In this document: in pieces, positions 1 to 11,664 of the stretch
Position numbering within the stretch: position 1 is the stretch's first letter
How the letters are laid out: each line of letters begins with the position of its first letter
Assembly: GCA_951406725.2 (NCBI GenBank)
Contig: OX597836.1
Location: 32,364,001-32,428,000, forward strand
Source: Octopus vulgaris
Lineage: Eukaryota
Direction: 5' to 3'
DNA: 64,000 bases
Translations under genes and position numbers: made by a program
The notes under the pieces: generated by a model
What the model was told of the DNA's origin: nothing
What the model saw: the letters and a program-made list of their open reading frames with translations, nothing else
Databases searched by the model: none

Positions 1-56
1 TGTAAACAGCATCCTACCAGAGTTGTGTAACTGGCACCCTTGAAATCATAGTTGTG

Positions 57-245
57 GAGTCATGTAAATGGCACTCGTGCTGGCGGCATGTAAAAGCACC
101 CATTGTACTCTCGGAGTGGTTGTTGTTAAGAAGGGCATTCAACTGTAGGAACCATGCGAAATCAGACTGGAACTTGGTACGGCTCTCCAGCTTACCAGTT
201 CCAGTCAAACCATCTAACCCATACCAGAATGGAAAGTGGATGTTA

Positions 246-289
<44 letters not shown>

Positions 290-302
290 CGACGACGACG
301 AT
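57..302 (+). mobile_element. Family C non-autonomous retroposon, 3' part with (GAT)n/(GAC)n tail
   Basis: aaaagcacccattgtactctcggagtggttg...aagggcattcaactgtag...aaaccatctaaccca...gttagatgatgatg. The same motif recurs about 20 times in the window on both strands. Confidence 0.8.
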
Positions 303-311
303 GCATTACAC

Positions 312-447
312 CAGTGTTTCTCAACCTTTTTACCCTTGTGTAACCCTTAAATAAATTACATGTCTCAAAGAACCCCTGCACAAAAAAAAAGAATTATATA
401 CTATATCTTTCTCATCCTTTTATCATTGTAGTTCATGTGGTAAATAT

Positions 448-497
<50 letters not shown>

Positions 498-498
498 C

Positions 499-593
<95 letters not shown>

Positions 594-649
594 CATACAT
601 ATCTATATATATATATATATATATATATACATACATATCTATCTATCTA

Positions 650-688
<39 letters not shown>

Positions 689-1158
689 CACAGGGTGTCC
701 ATGATATATACAGACATCACTAAATATATCCCCAATGGTTGTATATATTTTTATATGATATAATATATTATATTTATAGGTATATATATATGATGTCTAT
801 ATATACAATACCCAATAATATGTTGTGTATGTATAGTAATATATATGATTATAAATTAGCATATAGCTATATCTCATACTATTCTCACAGAACCCCTAGG
901 AACCTTTGTGGATACCCACGGTTATGGAAAACCACAATTGAGAAATGCTGCATATAGACAGAATAATCTGAATGCTATATATATATATATATACTATATA
1001 TATATATACCTATATATATATAAACCATATATATATATATCATACCTAATTTACAATGTCATTCAAAAGCAAACAATCTTTTCATTGAAATCTTGAAGCT
1101 ATAGAGATAATGCATGATTGATTCAACATACATACTTACATATATATATATACATATC

Positions 1159-1197
<39 letters not shown>

Positions 1198-1440
1198 CAC
1201 AGGGTGTCCATGAATTACAGACATCACTAAATATATCCCCAATGGTTGTATTATTTTTTTGGTAACATAATAGGTTAGATAGGATGATGTCTATATTACA
1301 ATACCCAATGATATGTTGTGTATGTATAGTAATATTACGATTATGAAATTAGCATTAGCTTATCTCATACTTTCTCACAGAACTCCTAGGAACCTTTTGT
1401 GGAACCCATGGTTATGGAAAACCACAATTGAGAAATGCTG
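312..1440. mobile_element. hAT-like (Charlie-type) MITE with (TA)n expansions and a duplicated right half
   Basis: Termini cagtgtttctcaa (312) and ttgagaaatgctg (ends 1440, also 950). The 8-bp flanks cattacac / cattagac match 7/8, consistent with an hAT TSD. Confidence 0.7.
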
Positions 1441-1444
1441 CATT

Positions 1445-1962
1445 AGACAGAATAATCTGAATGCTAAAGAGTTAAACTAGCCCCACTGGGCCCAAATATT
1501 CTACCTGTTCTATGTTCAAACCAGCTAGATCTGGCCTCTCATACCTAAGTTACAAAGTCATTCAAAAATAAACAATCTTTTCATTGAAACCTTGAAGCTA
1601 AGAGATAAAGCATGATTGAATCAAAAGAATGTGAATAAATAAGGATTATATTTTCGACAGAGAAATCTGAAAACTAGAGGTTTAAAACCAAGCTATATAT
1701 ATATCCAGCCCAAATATTCTGTTTTATGTTCAAAACTAGCCAGATTTAGTCTCTCACATTTAACCTACAATGTCATTCTTAAAATCAACCTTCACATCAT
1801 CAAAATCTTGAAGCTATGAGGTCTTGCATGATTAATTCAAAACAATGTGAATGAATAAATATTAAATTTGACAGAGTAATCTGAATGTAATTTGCCAAAG
1901 TAATTTGACGGAGTAATTTGACAGGGTGATTTGACAGAGTAATCTGAATGTTAAAGGGCTAA
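1445..1962. repeat. Tandem ~210-280 bp units of a possible piggyBac-like MITE
   Basis: Two related units (cccaaatattct...tatgttcaaa...gtcatt...ttgaagcta...gacagagtaatctgaatg) each end in a taaagggttaa-like terminus (1465-1474, ~1684, ~1962). Confidence 0.45.
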
Positions 1963-2133
1963 TGCAGGTAACATCGATAAGTTATCTATAAAGAATTTTG
2001 TGGTGAGCCATACAAATATACAGGCAGAAAGATAGGTATACACACACATGTGTGTGTAAACCATTCTCTAGCAATTGAATAAGACTATAGACAAAATATT
2101 CAATGGAATATTGCCAATATATTTTCATAAAGT

Positions 2134-2370
2134 AAGGCAGTGAGTTGGCAGAATCATTAGCATGCTGGGTGAAATGCTTAGTGGTATTTCATCTGTTGTT
2201 ACATTCTGGGTTCAAATTCCGCCATGGTTGACTTTGCCTTTCATCCTTTCGGGGTTGATTAAATAAGTACCAGCTACACACTGGGGTCAATATAATCGAC
2301 TTAATCCCTTTGTCTGTCCATGTTTGTCCCCTCTATGTTTAGCCCCCTGTGGGCAATAAAGAAATAAATA
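2134..2370 (+). mobile_element. Family B tRNA-derived SINE
   Basis: A-box-like tggcagaatcattag, B-box-like gggttcaaattcc, central gcctttcatcctttcggggttgat...aagtaccag. About 20 copies in the window. Confidence 0.85.
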
Positions 2371-2889
2371 TATTTTCATAAAAGGTTGGGTTCACAATCA
2401 TGAATTCACGAGTATTTTAGAATGAAATAAACATGAAATGAAAAAAATATATAAATAAAAGAGCATAACTACAGGTGTATGCACCTCCAAATTTGTTGCT
2501 TCATAACATCTCAGAAAAATGGATAATTTTTAACAAAATTTTCTAAAAATACTGCTTAGATGTTGTGGCTTCAGGGTATTTAGGGATTAATGGGAAAGAA
2601 TTTTTCTGAGGAGGTAGAGAGAGAAGTTTCAGAAAATTTACACGATCTGACTTTTTTCCCCCCTCATAGCTTTCAGGAAGATGGATATCTTTTAATGAAA
2701 ATTTACACAAATCCCATTCAAACAGCATAAATTACATAAAGAAATCTGTGGGGAAAGTTTTTTCGTGGATTTGGAAAATTATGAATTTTTTGCAATCCCA
2801 CTCCCTGCTCCCAATTGTTTCTGTTTAGAAATTAAAATATTGGAGAGCCTAAGAAGGTCATTGCTGGCATTATCCACAGTGATTTTAAA

Positions 2890-3333
2890 GAATTACAGAG
2901 ATGTACTTGCATAGCAAGTGACTTGATCTGAGATCGTGTGCTGAAACAAAGACAATTGCAGCATAGATGTTTGTAAGCCATTCAAGAACACACAGAAACC
3001 ATTAGTTTCATGATATTACTTAAATATAGAGGTCCAGATGCATCTACGTAACGATATGAAGGGTGGGTTAGTTTTTAGGGTTAGTTTTTTAAGGTTAGGG
3101 TTAGTTTTAGGATTAGGGTGTCATGACACATCCACACGGTGGCATACATGTTTTGCGTGTAACACCTGTATTTAAGTAGAACCGTTGATGGACCTCTGTA
3201 TTTAAGTATTACCACTTTCACTTCAGCATTAAAATTTCATTTGTGTTAAAATATTTTCGGCGCTTTGAAACCACGACCTGTTCACTGAGAAAACTTCACG
3301 AAAGTGATGCAGCACAAAGTTTTGTCAGTGAGC
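2890..3333 (-). mobile_element. Probable Penelope-like element terminal fragment carrying a hammerhead-like motif, interrupted by a MITE
   Basis: Minus strand reads ttctca-GUGAACA-g-gtcgt...gcgcc-GAAA-atat-tt. A short inverted copy lies at 3318-3333. Confidence 0.45.
3011..3214. mobile_element. Unclassified MITE with 26-bp TIRs and an internal TTAGGG-like tract
   Basis: tgatattacttaaatatagaggtcca (3011-3036) vs tggacctctgtatttaagtattacca (3189-3214), 23/26 complementary. Flanks are gtttca / ctttca. ggttagggttag variants occur at 3066-3120. Confidence 0.65.
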
Positions 3334-3614
3334 ACACATGTACACACACATCTAAAATGAGCTTATTTCAGTTTCTGTCTACCAAATCTACAGACAAAAC
3401 TTTGGTTGACCTGTGGTGATGTAGGTTCTATGTAGTGGGACTGAAACCAGAACCATATGGTTGGAAAGCAAACTTTTTGCTATACAACCATGCCTGTGCT
3501 ATATATGTGTATATGTGTGTGTGTGTGTGTACATACATTATTCTGTGACACAGAAGTATGTTTGACTTCTATTTCTAGCAATGCAGCTACTCATGTAGTA
3601 ATGTAGTACACCCT

Positions 3615-3646
<32 letters not shown>

Positions 3647-3746
3647 ATATAAAATTAATTAAGGATAGAAATTGATATTTATCAATTAAGACCAGTGGTC
3701 TAGCATATTAAAAAAGAATCCGAAGATTAAAATATTTATATATACC

Positions 3747-3928
3747 AATTAAGGACTGAACACGAAAGTGGACAGTCAACATGCTAGATATAGACATCAA
3801 ATCGCCATTCTCCACAAAAGATTATGTTCTCAGATTATGTTCTTGATCTGAGAACATAATCTTTTGTGGAGAATGATTGACGTCTATATCTAGCATGTTG
3901 ACTGTCCACTTTTCGTGTTCAGTCCTTA

Positions 3929-3931
<3 letters not shown>
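3747..3931. repeat. Long inverted repeat (arms ~86-89 bp, 10-nt loop) within a (TA)n-flanked insert
   Basis: aattaaggactgaacacgaaa...gttctcagat (3747-3835) is the near reverse complement of atctgagaac...ttcagtccttaatt (3846-3931). Confidence 0.9.
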
Positions 3932-3974
<43 letters not shown>

Positions 3975-4552
3975 TATATATATATGTATATTTTATTAAT
4001 TTGTCTGTACAGATGGTATTCATTTGCCAGTAATGATGGTATGTTGATAATACTATCACTCTCATATATACTTTTATACACACACACACGCACATACATA
4101 CATATATGTATGTATAAAAGCATGTTTGTACATTGTCCATATTTTCCTCTTAAACCTCCAAAACACATAATTATCTTATTTTCCCAATAATAATATCAGT
4201 TTTAATTCAGATTTAATTATTATTATTTTACTAAAGAGAATTTCTGCAGTGCCTTTGATGTTTGGTTTTTAGATGAAGCTTTCTTTGTTATCTTTGAGAC
4301 TTAACATTGTAGAACATATCTTGTTTTTGATTGACAATATACCCATGAGATTAGGTCAGTTTATTTCATTTCATAGTCGCACGTACTCTTTAAATAATTG
4401 CCCAATTGATAACATATCTGGTACTTGTATGTCTCAATTTCATATATATCGAATGAATTCACAACTCCTGTTTCTGATATACATATTTTTGATTATATAT
4501 ATGTTGCATGTATGTATGTATGTATGTATGTATGTATGTATGTATGTCTGTA

Positions 4553-4587
<35 letters not shown>

Positions 4588-4592
4588 TTTTT

Positions 4593-4970
4593 TTACTCTT
4601 TTTACTTTTTTACTTGTTTCAGTCATTTGACTGTGGCCATGCTGGAGCACCGCCTTTTGTCGAGCAAATCGACCCCAGGACTTATACTTTGTAAGCCTAG
4701 TACTTATTATATCGGTCTCTTTTGCCGAACCGCTAAGTTACGGGGACGTAAACACACCAGCATCGGTTGTCAAGCGATGTTAGGGGGACAAACACAGACA
4801 CACAAACACACACACATATATATACATATACATATATACGACGGGCTTCTTTCAGTTTCCGTCTACCAAATCAACTCACAAGGCTTTGGTCGGCCCGAAG
4901 CTATAGTGGAAGACGCTTGCCCAAGGTGCCACACAGTGGGACTGAACCTGGAACAATGTGGTTCGTAAGC
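4593..4970 (-). mobile_element. Family A tRNA-derived SINE with internal (TA/TG)n
   Basis: Reverse complement of the full copy at 63350-63790. The accttgggcaagtgtcttc segment resembles a CORE-SINE-like motif. Confidence 0.9.
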
Positions 4971-4991
4971 ATGTATGTATGTATGTATGTA

Positions 4992-5310
4992 TCATTATCA
5001 TGGGTTAGACAGTTTGACCGGAACCGGTGAGCCAGATAGCTGTATCCAGTTCCAGTATGATTTGGCATGCTTTCTGCAGCTGGATGCCCTTCCTTATACT
5101 CTGAGAGTGTAATGGGTGCTTTCACGCATCACCGTCATGGGTACTTTTACGTGTCACTGACATGGGTGCTTTTATGTGTCACCATCACAGGTGCCTGTTA
5201 CATGACACCAGCATCAACTATGACTGCAACTTCACATGGCTTGATGAGTCTTCTCATGCACAACACATCACGAAAGATCTTGATCATGTGTCATTACCTC
5301 CATGAGGCGA
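4992..5310 (-). mobile_element. Family C retroposon
   Basis: catgggttagacagtttgac...gctggatgcccttcct...gagagtgtaatgggtgctt. Confidence 0.75.
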
Positions 5311-5516
5311 TGTATGTATGTATGCATGTAGCTCCAGTTCTTCCACGTTGCTGGATTTGTTGCATATATAAATGAATTGGCTGTTTCTTTCTCTTCAATT
5401 TGTTATATGTTGTTCAGAACTCTGATGAGATCCAATAAGAGTTGAAAATTAATGAAAGCTTTTCATCATTCTTTTTCAATCTATAGAGAAATAGTTAAAT
5501 TTGTACTATGTAGATT

Positions 5517-5556
<40 letters not shown>

Positions 5557-6059
5557 TCATTTGTAGAAAAACATACATCTGGAGAAGAAGCACACTCTAA
5601 GATGATGTAGTGCATTTAATATTATAATCCTGGGTTTCCTGTCCTTTGACCTTATGGCATATTGTCAGACACCAAACGCCTTATGGACAGGAAGCTCAGA
5701 GTAACCCCATAAACCGGCCTCCCGGTTTATGTATATATGTGTGTGTATATATAATCTTGACAATATTTATGACCATACCCAACTATAAACTGTCAACTGT
5801 CTATCCCTTCTAAACAGACACTGTCCTCTAGCCTCAGACTTGATATTTAATCAAAAAAGGACTAATAAATTAAAAGAGAACCACAATCATTTACAAGCTA
5901 TGACCCTAACAGACTCCATACAGTTCTTAGAAGTGTGACATATTCTGAGTCACATTAGTAGCAACATGGACTCTCTCCCTCTTCTTGCTCTATTAGCACT
6001 TCGAAAGTGGAAGAACAGCCCTGAAAGACAATGTATGATCTGGAACACCCACCACAAAC

Positions 6060-6510
6060 GTCACCCTCAGAAATGTGGTATTGTGCGTTGAAAATTCATC
6101 CCCCAGTCTTAACTGTCAATTGAGAGTTCTTTTGCAAGATTTTGATGCATTTGAGGCAGGACATTTGGGGAAAGTGACTGGATCTTTGGAGCATGATGAA
6201 TTGGATTCTTCATGACCACAATGCACCCTGACACTCCTTACTTGTGAGTTTCTCACCAAAAACATGGTATCGCTTCTGCATCCACCCAATCCATTAGATT
6301 TAGCATCTGTGGACTTCTACCTCTTCCCTATGATGAAAATGCAGCTCAAAAGTCACCATTTTAATACTGTTGTCAAGATCCAGAGTGAATCGCAGAAGGT
6401 CCTCAATTTGCTTATGGGAAACAACTTCCAGACTGGATCCCAAAAGTGGCAGGCATGCTGGGACCAGTGTATTGCTGTGCAAGGTGACTATTTCGAATGA
6501 GATGATGTTA
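6060..6510 (+). pseudogene. Decayed mariner (DD34D) transposase, C-terminal half
   Basis: ORF 6264-6500 reads HPPNPLDLASVDFYLFP..K..LK...F......WDQCIAVQGDYFE, matching the mariner YSPDLAPxDF...GDYFE terminus. A degenerate HDNAP motif lies upstream (~6211-6230). Confidence 0.85.
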
Positions 6511-6548
6511 AAACACACATACCTATACATACAAACAAGTACACACAA

Positions 6549-6607
<59 letters not shown>

Positions 6608-6624
6608 TGATGCAAAGGATTTAG

Positions 6625-7370
6625 CGGTACATATGTTTCTGGCTTTTATTAAATGGTTTATATCAATGCATAATTGATGTAATTTGTATGTCAATAGCCT
6701 TCTTCAGCCACGTACAATTACTACTTCAAGGACATGTATTACATTATAAGTTTGGAAAAAAGACAACAGAGCGAGGCACCAAAACAAAACCAAAGCGTCC
6801 ATCCCGTTTTTCACTCTATGTAGAATGAGGAGATTGGATGTTGAGATAGAGAGGGAAGAAGTTGGGGGAGGAGTGAATCTTTAATGAGTTAGGGATTACA
6901 AAGGGGGAGAGTAGTAGGTGCAAAATGTAGTAAAAGAGTAAAAAACTAAAAAAGAGTAAAAAATAAAAAAATATAAAACATAAGAATATAAAAAAGTATA
7001 TAAGTATATAAATATATAGATATATAAATACACAAAGCCATGAAAAAAACATGGGAATATAAATGAATAGAGATAAAGATAAAGAAGCAAAAAATAAAGA
7101 TGAAAAACATAAGGATAAAAAATAAAAAATAAAAATAAAAATAAAAATAAAATATAAAGGGATAAAGAAATATAAAGGGATGAAGAAATATAAAGGGGTG
7201 GATGGAAGATACAGAAAAGACATATTCCGGTTGTTGAAGCTTAAGGCGGGTGTCATAACTTAACTTAATTATCTGGAGACCAAGTAGATGGTCAATATAG
7301 GTTGTCTGGTTTGTGGCTAAAGAGTTTATCTACTTTCTCATAAATTGTCTGGGACTGTGTTACTAACGGT
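6625..7370 (-). mobile_element. Possible Penelope-like element relic (GIY-YIG-like fragment plus T-rich 3' region)
   Basis: Frameshifted minus-strand translation near 7225-7320 resembles TYIGST...KL.Y..H..SFNN. The insert sits between TA/CA microsatellites. Support is weak. Confidence 0.3.
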
Positions 7371-7656
7371 CAACATGTACACATGTACACGCATGCAAAC
7401 ATATAAACATCCACACGTATATATACATACTCTCGTGTAAAAGTACCGACAGGGATATGCATATACATACGTCCTGCTACGTACAGATACATATATATAT
7501 GTATGCATGTATCATCATCACCATCATCATTTATGTATGTATATGTATATTCAGGGGATGACTTGTTCGAAAAGAAGCCATGTCTGGACACTTAGAATAA
7601 AGTACTCAAAGATAAGTCTGAGAATGAATAAAAAATATTCAATCTGTAATCATTAG

Positions 7657-7738
7657 TTTGACAAAATATATTCCATTTCACCTATGGCTCATTAAGTTCC
7701 CAAAGAGTGATAGGTGAAACGGAATATATTTTGTCAAA
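7657..7738. repeat. 29-bp inverted repeat with a degenerate hammerhead-like core
   Basis: tttgacaaaatatattccatttcacctat / ataggtgaaacggaatatattttgtcaaa. Minus strand reads ttaatga-gcc-ata-ggt-gaaa. Confidence 0.7.
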
Positions 7739-7760
7739 ATAAAAATTATAGATAAAATAA

Positions 7761-7794
<34 letters not shown>

Positions 7795-7795
<1 letters not shown>

Positions 7796-8120
7796 CATCA
7801 TCATCATCATCATTGTTTAATGTCTATCTCCCATTAATGCATGGGTAGGACCGTTGACAGGAGTCAGCCAGGCAGAAAAACTACTCTAGGCTACTGTGTC
7901 TGTTTTGGCAGAGATTTTATGGCTGGATGCCTTTCCTAAAACCAACGACTCTGTAGAGTGGACTCAGTGCTTTCTATGTGGTACTAGCACAGACAAAGTT
8001 AGTTTTGGCATGATTTTTACAGCTGGATGCCTTTCCAGATGGCAACAACATTATAGTATGGACTGGATGCTTTTAATGAACACCAGCACTGGCAGGGTCA
8101 CCAAGTATCTCACAAGACAA
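7795..8120 (-). mobile_element. Family C retroposon, with an internally repeated segment
   Basis: (CAT)n then gtttaatgtct...catgggtagga...ggctggatgcctttcc, the latter present twice. Confidence 0.65.
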
Positions 8121-8799
8121 GGAATTATGAAAGGGGCAGGGCATTTGAGGAGGGGAAGTTATATGAGAGGATGAAAGGTGAGAATGTGACAAAGAGACAG
8201 AGAGAGAGAGAGACAGACAGAAGCAGGTGTCTCACCACAACAGGGGGGAGCATTAGAGGAGGTTATCCAGGAGGTGATGATGAAAGGTTTAAGTGTAACA
8301 GAGAAATAGAGAGGCAGAAATAGGTGTCTTGCTATAGAGGAAGTACATGGTTGCCAAGTGAGAGAGAGAGAGAAAGAGATAGAGAGTGAAAGAGAGAGGA
8401 AGAAGAAAGAGGCTAGAAACAAGTGTGCTGGTGTAAAGGAGTTACTTGGTTACCCAGTCAGAGGAAAAACAAGAGAAGGAGAGAGAGAGAGAGAGAGGGA
8501 GAGAGTGACCAAAGAGAGAGAGAGAGAAAGAGGGAGTAGGAAACAGTAAAAGTATAAGAGAGAATAAAAGAGAAACGGTGTGGTGCTAGGGTAAACTCAC
8601 AAGTAACAAGAATATGAGTGTAGAGCCTGGGTAGAAAAATAGGGTGTATGGGGTGTGTGGGGGTCAGCGATACAGTGAGCAGCAGAGTGTAGGCAAGAAA
8701 GGGGATTGGAAAACAGTCATAATTTATGAAGAGGAAATGCGAGGAAGAGAAAGATGCCGTCAGAAGAGGAGTTGTAGTTCAGTTTCTTAGGGTAGAGTG

Positions 8800-9005
8800 G
8801 GTGAAAATTGTGTTGTGACATGTGGGACACAACTCTTCTAGCACTCAGTTTTGTAGATGGGGTCTTCTCTAGAACTTCATATCCCCAAACATCTCACTCC
8901 ACTGTCATTTCCTCTTTGAGCCCTAACATCCTAAGATCAGTCTTCACCACTTCATCCCATGTCTTCCGGGGTCCCCCTCTTCCACAGGTACTATCCACTT
9001 CCAGG
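8800..9005 (-). mobile_element. RTE-clade LINE 3' fragment
   Basis: Minus translation LEVDSTCGRGGPRKTWDEVVKTDLRMLGLKEEM matches the G.R.RGRPRKTW...V..DL..LGL C-terminus of RTE ORFs. Confidence 0.75.
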
Positions 9006-9265
9006 TGTGTGTGTGTGTGTATGTGTATGTTTTTATATATATCAACATATAAATATATAAAGGTGTGTATGTGTGTATACATCTGTATGTGTGTGTGTGT
9101 GCATATATGTTTGTATATATGTGTATATATCTATATCTATATACATATATATATATATCATCATTTAACGTCTGCCTTCCATGCTAGTATCACACACACA
9201 CACACACATGTATACACACACACACACACATATATATATATTTGTGCAAGACAAATTCATAAATG

Positions 9266-9309
<44 letters not shown>

Positions 9310-9927
9310 ATGTATATATGTAAATATATATCTATATACATGTACATATATGTAGAATTTATAAGTGTTGACCAAGCAGAAATAAAGAAAATTAATTGTT
9401 CTGACCGCAAGAGTCAAACTTTACATCTCTTGCTATCCAAGTAATCATGTTATGACTAATGTCTAGTGGCCTCTCAAAGAATTTGATTCGCAAAGTAAAC
9501 CAACGTAAATGTCCTTTTGTCTGTCTGGATAAACTTGACGATTTAGTCTTTTCCCATGTCACTTGAGAATTGCAGACAATTTAACTGCTACTTAACAATG
9601 TTGTTGTTGCTGTTGTTGTTGTTGTGTGCACACAGTTAACGAGAGAGAGAGACAGAGATGGAGTCAGAGGCAGAATAAATATGTAAGTATATACTTACAT
9701 TCAACAAGAACCAACTGCAAACACAACTGCTGGTTACACACTTTATTAAATAGTGAAATGGGAATAATAAAACATTAAGATCACATCGTAAGTCAGAAGA
9801 AAATAGCAATAAATAACACCAGCAAGAATAAAGATTAATGACTAACCTAAATTTACAATGTACAGTTTTTCTTTTCTTTTGCTTGTTGAATGTTTCCCAA
9901 AATATTTTTATAAAAATGAGTATCAGC

Positions 9928-10081
9928 ATAGGTGCGGCTGTGTGGTTAGAAGCTTGCTTCCCAACCACATGGCTTCAGGTTCACTTCTGCTGCATGACAT
10001 CTTGGGCAGGTGTCTTCCACTATAACCCTGTACCAACAAAAACCTTGTGAGTGGATTTGGTAAATAGAAACTGAAAGAAAC

Positions 10082-10087
<6 letters not shown>
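9928..10087 (+). mobile_element. Family A SINE, 5' half
   Basis: ggctgtgtggttagaagcttgcttcccaaccacatgg...gtggatttggtaaatagaaactgaaagaaaccc. Confidence 0.8.
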
Positions 10088-10116
<29 letters not shown>

Positions 10117-10117
<1 letters not shown>

Positions 10118-10300
10118 TATAAATAAGGGCAAACAAAAAAATTTCTATTGCCAAATATGCCGAAAAATTGGACATGTTGTCCATTACCATATAATTTTTC
10201 ACAATACACACACTGTGAAAAATTATATGGTAATGGACAATATGTCCAATTTTTTGGCATGTTTGGCATTAGAAATTTTTTCGTTTGCCCTTATTTATAA
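10117..10300. repeat. Long inverted repeat (87-bp arms, 10-nt loop) within a (TA)n-flanked insert
   Basis: ttataaataagggcaaac...atttttcaca (10117-10203) / tgtgaaaaat...gcccttatttataa (10214-10300). Confidence 0.9.
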
Positions 10301-10415
10301 ATTGTTTATAATTTTAACCTTTAAAGGTATTTTTTAATATGCTGGCCATTGATAAAATTTTTTTTTCTCGAAAAAGATTTTATCCTACATTAAATATATA
10401 TATATATATATATAT

Positions 10416-10617
10416 TCTATTACTTGTTTCAGTCATTTGACTGTGATCATGGTGGAGCACCATCCTTAGTCGAACAAATCGATCTCAGGACTTATTCTTT
10501 GTAAGTCTGGTACTTATTCTATCGGTCTCTTTTGCCAAACCGCTAAGTTATGGGGATGTAAACACACCAACGTTGGTTGTCAAGCGATGGGGTGGGGGTG
10601 GGGGGACAAACACAGAG

Positions 10618-10660
<43 letters not shown>

Positions 10661-10815
10661 CGATGGGCTACTTTCAGTTTCTGTCAACCAAATCCACTCA
10701 CAAGGCTTTGGTTGGCCCGAGGCTATAGCAGAAGACACTTGCCCAAGGTGTCACACAGTGGGACTGAACCTGGTACTATGTGGCTGGGAAAAAAGCTTCT
10801 TATGGCACAACCACT
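10416..10815 (-). mobile_element. Family A SINE, near full length
   Basis: Colinear reverse complement of 63350-63790. Confidence 0.9.
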
Positions 10816-11082
10816 AGAAAACTGAAAACAAAGACAGGTAACGGAACCAACAGGTGTATTGGTTTGACGTTTTGGAAGAATAGAAAAGATTTTGGTATTT
10901 TGAGCCTTTGCCTTTTGACATAAAGGATTGAAAGGAACAAAAATGGAGAGAGACAGAGAGCGAAAAAAGACATAGAGTGAACAAAATGTGTAGGGATTAA
11001 CGATTCAACATGATCAAATGACCAGAAGAAAGGGGCTGAATGAAAGGGATGCATATATATATGTGTGTGTATATATATATAT

Positions 11083-11120
<38 letters not shown>

Positions 11121-11125
<5 letters not shown>

Positions 11126-11422
11126 CGTGACTGACCACGCTATCAGACGTTGCTACACATTGCTGGTCACAATGCACTTCGCATTGTTTTAGCCTTCAAA
11201 TGATGCCACCCCGCTGGCTAGGCGAGCAGGCCAACAGAAGAAAGAGTGAGAGAAAGTTGTGGCGAAAGAGTACAGCAGGGATCACCACCACCCCCTGCCA
11301 GAGCCTCGTGGAGCTTTAGGTGCTTTCGCTCAATAAACACTCACAACGCCCGGTCTGGGAATCAAACCCGCGATCCTACGACCGCGAGTCTGCTGCCCGA
11401 ACCACTGGGCCATTGCGCCTCC
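11121..11422 (-). mobile_element. Family D tRNA-derived SINE
   Basis: Reverse complement of 18249-18551. tRNA-like head ggaggcgcaatggcccagtggtt...gtttgattcccag. Confidence 0.9.
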
Positions 11423-11437
11423 ACATATATATATTTA

Positions 11438-11650
11438 TGATGGGGTGCTGAAAAGTTCCTGTCTCTAAAGATATTGTGAAAGGCCTGGCTGGAGACCCAG
11501 CATTCTGAGTTCTTTTGCGGGGCTTAGAAAAGCTGAAGGACCTTTGCATTGTGTGAATCTGAGAGGGGAATGTTTTGGATAAAATCATAATTAATTGATC
11601 CTTCTGTATTTTTTTTTACTCAAAGCCAGGAACTTTTCAGCACTCCTTCA
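11438..11650 (+). mobile_element. Mariner-derived MITE
   Basis: TIRs tgatggggtgctgaaaagttcctg / caggaacttttcagcactccttca with TA on both sides. Internal tgtgtgaatctgagaggggaa matches the CV.L.GEY end of a mariner ORF. Confidence 0.85.
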
Positions 11651-11664
11651 TATATATGTGAATG

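Noticed and set aside
3066-3120. Interstitial telomere or fusion site
   Set aside because: Only a few degenerate TTAGGG units, and they are internal to a TIR-bounded MITE.
5422-5447. ctgatgagatccaataagagttgaaa hammerhead-like core
   Set aside because: Stem II is broken and there is no convincing stem I or III. It may be a decayed PLE relic but cannot be supported.
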